Below are positions 13,794 to 27,505 of a stretch of DNA of 64,000 nucleotides, one piece after another. Under the pieces are notes generated by a model that saw nothing but the letters and a program-made list of their open reading frames with translations, did not search any database and was not told where the DNA came from. The position numbers and the translations under genes are program-made. The number at the start of each line of letters is the position of its first letter. The first letter of the stretch is position 1. This DNA comes from Callorhinchus milii (Eukaryota). The stretch spans positions 63,490,001 to 63,554,000 of the forward strand of contig NW_024704742.1 in the NCBI RefSeq assembly GCF_018977255.1. The letters are read 5' to 3'.

Positions 13794-15829
13794 TGATGTC
13801 GGTGCTAGTTTTTCAGTTAATAAATGAACAAAATTCGAGAGGTCAGAGTAAATAGCATTTATTTTGACACAAACCAAATACTTTGCTCTACACTTCAGCA
13901 ATGAACTAGATCTCAGTCACGTCGATATATTGCAGTCATCATTTATACACTCCATCTGACATTAGCACGGCGATTCATAAATCATTTAAATGTTGCAGGT
14001 GGGACATACTATACATTCAGATCGGGTTGCATAGGCATTCATTTATTTGCAGTGTGAATAATCTAAAGCAAGGCCAGCTTGCTTTTGTTTCAACAAACAA
14101 GATTGTAACATCAACCAGTCTTTACGAGACATTTTGATATAGATGTTTTACCTTTAGCGCTATTGTCGTGTCAACTATTGTTACAACATCATCCCCAAAG
14201 CAAAGTGAGACATTATCGGGAAAAACAATATCCTAAAAATGGATCACATAATTCACCTTTAATCTTCATTATCATTAAAATTTTAGCTCAGAATCTGTGA
14301 GTCCTTACATTTTTGACAACTGTTGCTAAAATACCTTTGTTTTATTCACAAAGGCGTTTTAGTTGACGGGAGTGTAATGAAAAGAAAATTTGGTGCAATT
14401 TCACCTGTCGACATGGACCACAATAATCGCTTTAACCCGTGAGGGTTTTCAAGAAAGACATGTTCCATGTCAGTCTAAAATGAGGAATGCACTCTCATGT
14501 CCACCAGTGGGGAAAACTGGAAAATAAGATTTTAAAAGGATTAAAAAACACCAACAGCATTGATAATAGACACATCTTCTTGAACGTAATAAATTACACT
14601 TTTATCCATTGAAGAGGTTTGAGAGGATTCTGTGTAATACTAGCACACTAACCATAGGCACTTCTATGGGAATACCAACATTGCATCTAGGAACACTATT
14701 TGTGCAAACTTATTGGCAAGGCATCTCTATGACCCTCTACAGACAGGGTAAAGTTAATTGATTTGGAACAACTGTTGATGATGTGCACAGAATTTGCAAA
14801 TAAAACTTGATAATGAAAGTGTACGAATGCTTTTCTTTAAAAAAAAGTAAACTTGCGCAAACACTACAGTAACACTACACGGCAGACAATTTACAAGTAC
14901 CTGAGAGATATATTTTAATGGTACTGCATTCATCTCATATACTGTTTACTTTTTTGTATAGACTGGGAAACATCCTTGCAAAATGCATTTTACTCATGAA
15001 AGTCTATTGAGATCTATTATCTGTCTTTTACATTGCTTTTCTCTGCCACTGATATTGGTGGCAAAACCACTAGAAAATATTGAACAGGAAATGTCATCCT
15101 AGGTCACATTAGATGTTCATAATACTCCTAGATAACTTGGAAGCCAGCACATCTGTAATATTACGAAGTTGGCTGGTGATAGGAAATTATGTGGTTAACT
15201 GAATGATATTAGGATAACTAGCATTTTGAATGCTATGGCCAAGAATGGCAGATGGATTTTAATGTAGATGTATTTATATGCAATGATTTGCATACTGTAA
15301 CACTCTAATCATTTACCACAGTAAAGGGGAGTCCATTAGATGCGGTGAAGAAGGAAAATAGCTTGGATGTGATCATTGGTCACTCACTGAAGGGGTCCAC
15401 TTAATGTGAAGCTAATGCCAACAAAGTGAATCATTCACATCTTTAAAGACACAAGTCAAAATCTTTTATATGATCTTGCCACAAAGTCCACTTATAAAAT
15501 CATGAGCAATTCATTATTGGAATCTTATAAGCAAAAGAGAGTTTTTTTTTATCTCTGTAAAAAGCCCATTGAAAGATTGGAGAGGGTTCAGAGAAAAGCA
15601 AAGATTTAGGGTCTAAGATCTCTAACTTGTCAGGAAAGACCGATAGAGCTGAACTTGCCCTCATTAGAAAAAAGCCTGAGATAGTAAATGATCCAGGTCT
15701 TTAAAATGAGAGGCAGATGTTCAGATCCAATTTACAATCTTCACACACAAGATTGTGATTTTTGTTTCCAAATATCTGAAAAGTGTCAATTCCACAACAT
15801 TCGCAAATTTCTTCACTGTGATTTTGGAT

Positions 15830-16195
15830 ATAATAATAATAATCCTTGCACTTGATATAGAGCCTTATCACATCTTCAAGACGGCTCAATGCGCTGCACA
15901 GAATATACTGTAAAGTGAATTGACTATATTTTGTGGGCAAAACGCTGCAGCCAATTGCTCACAGCAGCCTCCCACAAACAGACGTGGATTAAGTGACTAT
16001 TTATTTTTAAGGGACTATTACACCCAGAAAAGCAATCTACCAATCAACTAGCAACTCAACTGGGCTACTACTTACTGCTAGGAAAACAGAGGTGTGTGGA
16101 GTAAAGAAGCTTTCCCAAATTTCACCCTGCCAGGAATCAAACCCAGGTCTCTCGCTTGCAAGGCAAGTGCTCTAACCACTGAGCTACAGGACTCC
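15830..16195 (-). mobile_element. SINE family A, long form
   Basis: Head reads ...gagctacaggactcc on the plus strand; (TAA)n tail. Confidence 0.87.
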
Positions 16196-18068
16196 ACAAC
16201 GGAATGGCGATAAATTGTGGAAAACAGTTAAAGAAACCAATAGGTTGGATGAGATACACATCTTGGTTTACAAAGACATTTTTGTGTGCATAGCCTGTTT
16301 GTAAAATGTTGTGCCTATCGTGAAATTTATGGGGCTTATGATCGTTCAAGAAGAAGGAATCTTGACAGATTGGGGAATTATTCACTGGAAAGAGGTTGAT
16401 CCAAATGTTTAACTGCAGCATCCCACCCGGCTGCTGTCACCGGGCAGGGGGGATGAAGGACTTCTTTTTGGCTCCTCATAAACCTACAATAGATAGGATT
16501 GTTTTAGCTGGACAAGCATTGGCATCTGACTGGTGTATCATAGTGATAAAATAGACAGACTCAGCTGGATCAATTGTACCAATATCCTAATTCAGGCTTC
16601 AATTTCTTCAGCCATCCAGCACAATTATGACATCTGGATATAGATAAGTGTTAGAAGGAGGGTGGGAGAAGGACGTTAGCCAAAGGATGACATGTATGTG
16701 AAAAAAACTAACAACAGAGGCAGTGGAAAATGAACTGTCAAAACGACAAAGAAAAGTTCCTGGAAATTAAAATAATCAAGGGGTATAATGAGACAGATGT
16801 AAAAAACGATTTGGTCATTCAATCCACGACTGTTTGTGGGACACTGCCGTGTGCGTTTGGCCCACAAAATACACTTTACAATATATTCTGTGAAGCGCTT
16901 TGGGATGTCTCAACAATCTAATAAAGCGTTGGATTATTGTTATTATGCATCAAATGAATCTTTTGGGAAGTTGCGTAGATAGGCTGGATGAACCAATGGT
17001 AGACTCCTGATATTACTGTGTTACTTATAATCTTTCACAGTCGGTCAATTGTCTTAAGTCAGCGGTTTAATAGGTCACAATCCTCAGAACAAATCTCTGG
17101 CTTGAATAATGGAAGCCACTGCTTTGTGTAATGTGAAGCCTGAGTTTTAGCTTGTTATGTAGGGCTATTCATTTGATGCCCAACGAAGCAAGATGCAGAT
17201 GTAAAACTTGAACTTGATCTCTTTGTACAAAATGGTTGCCCATTCCCACTGGGCACACTTCCAAACCTGTCACAGCCCAGCTCTGATTAACTACTAAGCA
17301 GGACCAAATGTTTCTATCAGCATGGAATTAATGCGATGCCCCACTTCATTGAAAACAACAAACAACAGACAACAGAAAGAAAACCTTGTGGCGACAAGAG
17401 TGATATTCGTGAACCGGCACTGATACTTTTTGACGCAAGGAATGGCCAGACTGCCTTTTCTTTTCAACTGTGCTGCATTGCACCAAAGTTTCTTTCAAAA
17501 CTTGTTCCAAGCAGCTCCGGTTTCAACCAGTTGAGCAGTAATCTCCATGAATAGCTGAACAGAGATCTCTTAGTGCGCAAGACTTGAATTTAGGTCTCTT
17601 GCCAAAACAGCCTACTTTCATTTCAAGGGCATTTCGCCAACTCTCAGCACAGCTAAAATTTCTAACATTAATCCAGGTATAGAGGCAGAGCACTGCATAA
17701 TCAATATACAGTACCTTTCAATAATAATAAAAAAGTAATCCTTGCATTTGATATAAAGCCTTACTACATCATTGAGATGCCTCAAAGCGCTGTGTATTTG
17801 TGGGTGAAACGCATAAATATATTCAATTTAATTTTAATTTATTTAAAATTTTAAGTGTATTCAATCTAAAATTCAGCAAGATCCAGAGGGTGGACTGATA
17901 TCCATATCTTTTTCTAGATTTCTCTAAAGCCTCGATATTCTCTGGTTTTAGTCTACTGTCTTATAATTTAAGAATTTGGAAAATTTCTTCCAATTCAGTT
18001 TTAATTCAGAAGCCGCCCTCCTCTGTTCTTTTAGGATCAATCACAAAAGGCCAGAGAATATCTGGCTG

Positions 18069-18487
18069 GTATCGGCCTGGCTTGGTTAGTAGCATTCTGG
18101 CCTCTGAGTCAGAAGTTTGTGGGTTCAAGCTCCACACTGGAACTTCGAATTCACAGTCGATGCCGACACTCCAATGCAGTGGTGGGAGTGCACTGCATTG
18201 TAGGAGGTGTCATCCTTCAGATGAGACAGTAAATTAAAGTTCCGGCTGCCTGTTCAAGTGGATGGTAAAGATCTCATGACATTATTTGAAAAGAGAAGGG
18301 AGTTTCTTCCAAGGCCCTTGCCAAAATTTGCCCAGAAACAAATAGTCATTCATTCCAAGGCTGTTTGTAGGACATTTCAGTGTTGCAAATTGGCTGCCAC
18401 TTTTGACTGCAAAATACAGTCACTATAGTAAAATTCTGTGAAGTGTTTTCACATCTAAAGCTTCTGGATCAAATGCAAGGATTATAA
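18069..18487 (+). mobile_element. Deu-domain SINE (family B)
   Basis: Head, Deu-like core and tail. Confidence 0.8.
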
Positions 18488-21400
18488 CTAGAAAACTGGA
18501 TGATGGAACAGAACCAAACTGGTCAGCAAGTGTAACTGGGCCTGCCAGATCAGTAAACACTCTTCACCCCTCCCCACATCCTATCATGTCTCAAACTCAT
18601 ATACAAAAAGCAGCAGTAATGATAGAATGCCATAACCTTGAAAATATACAGTGTGTAATTGAATATGCAATATTCAAAAATATTCATAAGAAATTTAGGT
18701 TTTGATTTGGTTTTAAATCCCTGAGTGTGTTTTAAGCAATTTTTCATTTTGTTGGGGAATTTTATCTTTCAGAGTATTTTCTTTTTTGAGGGTGTGTGGC
18801 GGGTTCTGAACCACGTGTTCTGATCAATGAACTGGGCATGTCATCTGGTAACGCTGCTAGCAGCAAAAGCTTTAACTTACAAATAGATGGCAATATGTAA
18901 ACATAAAGCAATAATTGCTCAAACTGCAATGAAATAAACTTTCAGGGGAAAGCTAGACGTGCTATGCTAAATTTAATTGTTCTTGATGTTTCTATAAAAT
19001 GCTTAGGAAAATGGATAGATTTTTCAATGATAAATATAAAGTGTGTACTCTCAGAGGTTACAAGTATCACCTTTGTTGATGTGACCACTAATAGGATTTC
19101 TCTATGCAGAGTTTTACATAGCTCATACTTTGCAAACGTCATATTAAATGTATGGTCGCAACTGATACGATTTATGTAAGGTTACTGTAGATACAATTCA
19201 GTGTCAAACATTGATGAACAATCGGCATTTTTATCATGTTCTCCAGACCGACAAAAGTCAATTTTTAATTTTAACATTTTTTTTAAGACTTATAATAAAC
19301 AGTCACTTTCAAGTTATCAGATCGCCCAAGTTTCACTTTTGTGCAAGAGATGTGCCCTGCAAGTCAATAACACTTATTGCACAGAGCACGCACACCCAGT
19401 AAATGACGTCAGACAGATTTGCTGTACATTGCGCAAATTCACAGCATAAAGGAAGTGATATCAGTAGTGACCTGACAATCCTGAAGTCAGCCACTTTTTA
19501 AAGTTGAAAACACCAATAGAATTTTATTTTAAAAATCGAATCATTGTCAATGAAAATCAAAAAAAATCAATTTCCACCAACCCTAACTATTTTTTATGCT
19601 TCGTCTTGGCACATTGATAGTACTGTATCACATCTGAACCATTGACTCATCCAGATCCTTCTCAATATAAGCACCAAGTTCTATAAATATATCACACCTA
19701 TTGACTTGTCTCCTATTTGCATACCATTCATTATATACACTAAGTACATGTATACCATACAAAACTCGTCCTTTACAACAAGCACACTGTGCAGAGGTGT
19801 GGTGTGTGGTAAATCAGTAGCTAGTATTATGGTACACAGAAACATTCTCAAAACCTGAAAATCTACCTATTCTTATGATTTAAGACCATTTTGTCTTAAA
19901 ATGTAAGGTAATGCAGAATTGTAGAAATTTCTCAATTTCGGTCTTAATTTAAAACCTGTTTCTTTTTAAGAACTGCAGGAAATCCACTTGCAAATTAAGA
20001 TGAATTAGGATTGAAATAAATTTTCCACAATTCTGCCCAATCTTAAATTTTAAGACAAACAACTTGAGGGCTAAACGCTGCTAGGAATTTCAGGCCTCAG
20101 AAGTTCCATTTATTGACATTAATTAGGATTTGGTTCCAAATCACAGCTCTTCAAAATCAAAGTGACTGAGTAAACATGACTTTATTCCAATCCTGGAGCA
20201 GAGCAAAAGTCTTGACTTCTGGATATTGCTCTAAATCTGGCTCCATAGATTTTGTAAATCAATCCAGGTCTGATCACATCTTTCCTATTAAATATGAAAG
20301 AGTAGCACACAAGGTGGGCCGTGGTTTGATACAATCCAACACAAGAGTTTCCATCACAAGAGGGTGTCACTAAAAGGGATACCGTGACCAAGGTGTTGGA
20401 GAGAATTTGGGAAGAATTTGCCAATTCTTGAAACTGCTCAGTCAGCTTGGCTTTCAGTCATCTTGCCCCTATCCATTCAGTTTTGCGCCCCCCCCCCCGC
20501 CTCTTTCTCCCAACTCGGGCTCCCAGTCAGCTTTGTGAAGCGGTTTTAGACACCCTCTTGATGTGAATGGCACTACGTAAATGTAAATTGCTATGTTGTT
20601 TGGAGAACAAGATCAAATAAGCCAAAAGGGTCTTCTTCATCCAAACCACTCATGAGCTCACAAAGTCAATTCATGCCAGTAAATATGGAAAGTTAATGGA
20701 AGATGCCATACAGCCTGGCATGCAAACTTGTGTGATGACTGTTTTATCACTGTTTTTCCTCACATTATAATATGAAGAATGTACAGCCCCCAGATCAGCT
20801 ATGCAAATGTTATCAGATCACTGATCACACCATGTACCTCTCCATGAAATCCCCTGAACCAATTAATGACAAATCGTACAAGACAATTGATAGATTTTGG
20901 TAGGTCAGGGTATTAAGGAATATGGGGAGAAAGCGGGAAATTGGAATTGAAAGGATTAGTTGAGGTATAGATCAGCCATGATCTAATTAAACAGACTTGA
21001 AGGGCTCAACTGCCTCCTTCTGTTCCTATCTTCCTAATTACCCCAACAGCACTTCAGCCAGAGGACATAGACCAGTTGGCCTGAATCTACCATGTAAAAT
21101 GAGATAACAATTTGAGTGTAGGGAAACCTGAAGATGCTTGAATGTCACAAAAGTACACAGAGAATGCACTAAAATAAATCAAACATTTAAGCCATCAGGG
21201 TTAAACCCTGGGGTACAAGTGTGTACAAAGTAATTCCCAAAATGAGATTTAGCTATATACCATCTCACACACACACCCACAAAGAAAAGGAAAATGTCAA
21301 GACATTTTGAACATTTGTATCACCAGTGTCTGCAAAAGAGTCTATCACCAGATCACCGATCACCAGACACAGCTATCTGCCCACTACGTCTTTGTCAAGG

Positions 21401-22127
21401 GAAATCCTATTGTAAATACTCAACAAAATGTTCACGATTTTTAGTGGGCAGGATATGAAAGACCCAGATATCCTTAGCAACTGTGTATTTAGGATCAAAT
21501 GTTAAGAGGGTGGGCTCTTTAATGTCACAGATGGTCGTAAGCGAGGCCTATATCTCAGTTCTTGTGCATGAATATTTTCATCTGCAAAAGAAACTTACTT
21601 TCCAAAAAATGTAGGATATCTACCAAAATTGCTATGTCTCACTTCCAATCGTATTCTGTACAGATGGTGATGGTTCATATTTTGTTTGACTACTATTGCT
21701 TACTATTGCCTACTAATATTTAGGTGTTTACCTAAAATTAAAATGGTGATTTTTTTCATTGCTATAAATTGCCACATGGGACCCCATTAAACTCTTTAAT
21801 TGATGCCTACTTATTACGCGATGTCACCTTTATTTATACATGCCTCATGTTAATAACATTGAGGTTCTAGATTACATTTTATTGGTTTCAAAATCGTTTG
21901 GAAATATAATGAAATAGCAATTACTCAGATGTGATGTCAATAATAAATATGACCCAGAGTAGCCAAATGCAACAGAAAAACATTCATGCATTATCTGTTT
22001 CTGTCCTACAGGATTTGTTTTTCTGGTAAGGCTTTATCATTGGGAATTACGCGATGAAACCCCTCCCTCCCCACCCCCCACCTGATTTACCATGTGTGTG
22101 TGTGAAGTGCAGATGATTTCCTGTTAA

Positions 22128-23126
<999 letters not shown>

Positions 23127-23188
23127 TCAGAAGAAAAAATCATTTATCCACAGTAGCTCACATCAATCTTTTTTTTAAAAGCATGTGC

Positions 23189-23632
23189 GTCAGCCTGGCG
23201 CCGTGGTAGCACTTGCACCTGTGAGTCAGAAGGTTGTGGGTTCAAGGCCCACATTGGGACTGGGAATCACATAATCTAAGAGGACGCTCCAATGCAGAGA
23301 TAGAGGGTGTATTGCAATGTCGGAGGTGCCGTCCTTTGTATGAAACATTAAACCGAGATCTCGTCTACCTGTTCAGGCGGATGTTAAAGATCTCATGGTA
23401 CTATTCAAAAAGAGAAGGGGTTTTCTCCCGGTGTCCTGGCCAACAAGTCTCCACAAATAAAATTGGTGACCCATTCAGTGCCTGAACATTGTTGTGTGGA
23501 ACTTGTCGCTGCGTTTTGCTCACAAAATACACACTCAATCCACTTTACAGTATATCCTGTGAAACACTTTGAGACGTTTGTGGACGTGATAAGGCGATAA
23601 ATCAAATGTAATAATTATTATTATTATTATTA
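23189..23632 (+). mobile_element. Deu-domain SINE (family B, SacSINE1/AmnSINE1-like), full-length
   Basis: tRNA-like head GTCAGCCTGG...GAGTCAGAAGGTTGTGGGTTCAAG; Deu-like core GGAGGTGCCGTCCTT..GATGA..ATTAAACCGAG...AAAGATCYCATGG.ACTATT...GGTGTCCTGGCCAA; same 3' tail as family A. Other degenerate copies lie near 1173-1815, 3020-3605, 6390-6930, 10200-10527, 12555-12940, 32612-33242 and 43838-44180. Confidence 0.8.
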
Positions 23633-23849
23633 TATTTAGTTTTAATTTTTTTTCCAAAATCTCATATTCGGTTGGTGTTAGGAACAGGAGGAGGCCATTC
23701 TACTATCACACCAGTTATTAAATCATGGGTCATCTTTTAATCCCATTTTCCTGCTTCTTCTGCATGTTCTTTAATTTTATTTTGTGGATGAACGTACATT
23801 TTGTGGAATTTTATTTTGTGGATGAAAATAATTTTATTTTATGGATGAA

Positions 23850-24077
23850 ACCTCTGGAATTCCATCCCCCAGTCACTCCACCTCATCCCCTCCTTAGCCT
23901 CCTTCAAGTCCCACCTCAAAACCCTCCTCTTCAAACATGCCATCGGTCACCCCCATTCCTCTCCCCTCCCTTCTCCCCCCCAACCCCAGCTCGGGTCTGA
24001 AATGCTGTACACTGTCCAGCGCCTTGGGACATCCACCGGACGTGAAAGGCACTATACAAATGTAATCTTGTTGTTGT
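23850..24077 (+). mobile_element. L2 3' end
   Basis: Near-identical to the copy at 1275-1490. Confidence 0.85.
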
Positions 24078-24081
24078 AGTA

Positions 24082-24333
24082 CAGGGTCAAATGTGACCAT
24101 TTTATGCCATCTTCCTGAACCACACGCTTCTTGCTCACAACTTTTCTGAAGCCAACCTGTGCCGGTCGGTCATCAACTGAGCTGACGGACTCTATCCTGA
24201 AACGCAGAATGGTTCGATCACGAACATGTGCATACGAACATGTCACATACTCTAAATAGTTTAAGCAATTTAAAACTTTAGTACATGAAAATATCTTTTA
24301 AATGTATGAGTGAAGATGTCACATTTGACCCTG
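24082..24333. mobile_element. Tc1/mariner-type MITE, 16-bp perfect TIRs
   Basis: CAGGGTCAAATGTGAC at 24082-24097 and GTCACATTTGACCCTG at 24318-24333; TA on the left flank, CA on the right. Confidence 0.8.
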
Positions 24334-25952
24334 CATTCCAAATTTTACCTTTGAACTCCCATGTTACCAGCACCAAAAATTCATGATATCTCAAAGGTTT
24401 TGCAGTCGGTCATTCAATTATACAATATCATATTATGATAATTTGTATAAAAATGATATTTAAATTCAGTGAGATCTTTCCATATAAAACACTGTACCAC
24501 TTATTTTGCTGCCTTTTTATGAATTTAATTGATATAATTTTCACAACTTGTTATTTCCCCAGGATAGTTTTGACTTGAATATAATACAATGTATTTCACT
24601 GGCCAGCCTGCTCTACAGAAATACTCTTAGATGTACTTTGCTCGTTCCTTCTAAATGACTATTATAATATATTTAGCAGTGCCACAGACCCAACTAATTA
24701 CATACATTAAATCATATCACAAACATTCCCATATGAGGAATGCTTCCTTATTTTCACAGTAACTTGAAACTCTCTACATTTAGTATAATGAGGATTACTA
24801 TACTGAGGCAAATCATTCCAATCTACGACGAGATTATGTCTACCTTATGTAGATCACTTCACTCTATGCTCCCGTTCAACAACTGGATTTGATGCTTTTT
24901 GGTTACTTGCTTAGCAGTTGTAATCTGCTTCAAAATGGGAACACAATAATTTTAAGACATGAGGTCCAGAAGTAGTGGCATGATTACAAACCCAGTCTTA
25001 ATGGATGCACAAACTATAATATGGTTGTTTCAGTCAATATCAAGCACAAATCTCTTAGGGCCATGAATAAATCCTGATTCAGAAATACACGGTTTATCTG
25101 AGAGTAATAGATGATTTGGAACAATACAAATTGCTGGTGATGCTGTATAACAGCAAAAACGGATTAAAAAATAGAATTTATACAGAGCCTTTGAAATTGG
25201 ATTAATGTCTTAATGCACTTCTCCAAGACAAGGTAATAATAATAATCCTTGCATTTGATTTAGCACCTTATCATGTTGTCGAGACGTCTCAAACCACTTC
25301 ACAGGATATACAGTGAAGTGAATTGACTATATTTTCTGGGCAAAACGAGGCAGTCAGTTGCATACAGCAATGTCCCACAAACACCCATGGAATCAGTGAA
25401 CAATTTTATTTGGGGAATTTGTTGGGACAGGGAGAAAATACCTTGTCTATTCAAAATGTGCTGTGGGATCTTTAACATCTACCTGAACAGGCAGATGGGA
25501 CTGTGGTTTCACTTATAATAATAATCTTTGCATTTGATACAGCGCCTGATTACATCATCGACACATCGCAAAGCACTTCACAGAATATATGTGGGGCTCA
25601 AACCCGCAACCTTTTGATCCAGAGGTAAGAGGGCTGCCAACCGAAGGGCTGACAAATATTCTTATTAACTCTTCAGGGGTCCTGCAGCCAATTGCTGAAC
25701 CTCTTTGACCTCCCAGCTGAACCTGCAACCTTCCTCCTTTACGTGGCTCTGTTCTGTACTGGACTGTGGCTTTACAACTGGAGCCGGGGGGAACAAACTC
25801 AACATGTATTAATGAATAAAACATTGAAAGACATTCCCTTTATAGCATATCAATCCACTTTACAGTATATCCTATGAAGTGCTTTGAGATGTCTTGATGA
25901 TGTGATAAGGTGCTAAATCAAATGCATGGAATATTATTATTATAATAATAAT

Positions 25953-26297
25953 GGAGTCCTGTAGCACATTAGTTAGAGCACTCACCTTGCAAGCAAGGGG
26001 ACCTGGGTTTGATTCCCGTGCAGAATGGAACATTAGGCAAGTTTCCTTACTCCACACGCCTCTGTTTACCAACAATAACCTGGCACTTGGTTGTAAGTCA
26101 ACTGGTGGATCGCTTTCCGGGGGTAATAATTCAATTTAAAAAAATAATAATTTGGTCACTCATTCCACGATCGTTTGTGGGACACTTCTGTGCGCAATTG
26201 GTCACCGCGTTTCGCCTACAACATTTACAGTCAATTTGCTTTACAGTATATTCTGTGAAGTGCTTTGAGACGTCTCAAATGCAAGGATTATTATTAT
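25953..26297 (+). mobile_element. SINE family A, long form
   Basis: Head, body and tail all present. Confidence 0.87.
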
Positions 26298-26564
26298 AAC
26301 CCATTGGTTACTGTCCAAAAAATATTTGAGTGCTAGAATTCATTACAGGAGGATTGTAGCGAGGAGTTGCTATGGAAACTGAGACTGCTTTATGGTTTAA
26401 TATGGTCAAGGTCAGCAGTGTAAAATGTATTGAACGCTTCTTATCATTTGTCCAGTAGATGCAAGCAAGCGGGAGTGACAATAGTAGCTTTTACCACACA
26501 TAGCTGCCCTCAGACTATTTAAACCTATTTATACAAAGGTTCATCATACCTTCCCGACTTAACC

Positions 26565-27505
26565 TGTATGCTTTCGTAAGAGCTTTATCTGCCAGTCCTG
26601 CCACCTTCAAAGATTTACTGATATGAACCCCCAGGTCTCTCTGTTCCTTCACCTTCTTTAAGATTGTACCATCAGCTTATATTGCCTCTCCACATTCTTC
26701 CTCACAAAATGCATCACTTCACATTTCTCCACATTAAACTCCATCTGCCACATGTCTGCCCATTTTACCAGTCTGTCCATGTCCTCTTGCAGTCTGCTCC
26801 TATCCTCCTCACCGTTTACTACTTTTCCTAGTTTAGTATCATCTACAAACTTGGAAATTGTACTCCCTATCCCAAGTCCAGATCATTTATATAGATCAAA
26901 AAGAGCAGTGCTCCCAATACCGATACTGTGGCATTGGCTCCATCCTCTTCTTTTGTGAAGACAGATGCAAAGTACTCATTCAGTACATCAGCCATGCCCT
27001 CTGCCTCCACAAGAATATTTCCTCTTTGGTCCCTAATTGGAGCCTTTTAATCTTTATATGCTTATAAAATAGCTTAGGGTTCCCTTTTATGGTACCTGCT
27101 AATCTTTTCTCATACAAGCTCTTTGCCCCTCGTATTTCCTTTTTCAGTTCTCCTCTGTACTTTCTATATTCTATTTGACTAACTTCTCTATTTTGGACCT
27201 GACATTCATCATAAGCCTCCTTTTTCTGTTTTATTTTAATCCCAATTTCCTTAGTCATCTAAGGAGGTTGGATGCCCTACCTTTCCCCTTTGTGGGAATG
27301 CATTTGTGTTGTCCCTGAACTATCTCCTCCTTGAAGGCTTCCCATTAGTTGTTTTTCCTGGCTGGCTTTCTTTCCAGTCCACCTTGGCTAGGTCCTTTAT
27401 TTAAACTCACTGAAATTAACGCTCTTCCAGTTTAGTATCTTCACCTTTGATTGTTCCTTGTCCCTTTCCATAAGTACTCTAAACCTAATGATGTTGTGAT
27501 CGCTT
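26565..27505 (-). mobile_element. CR1 LINE fragment with internal deletion
   Basis: KKEIRGAKSLYEKRLAGTIKGNPKLFYKHI and MADVLNEYFASVFTKE are joined directly to the later RT segment that matches 49575-50030. Confidence 0.82.

Noticed and set aside
18940..19585. Possible hAT-type element ending ...CCAACCCTA
   Set aside because: Could not find a matching opposite TIR or target duplication by eye.
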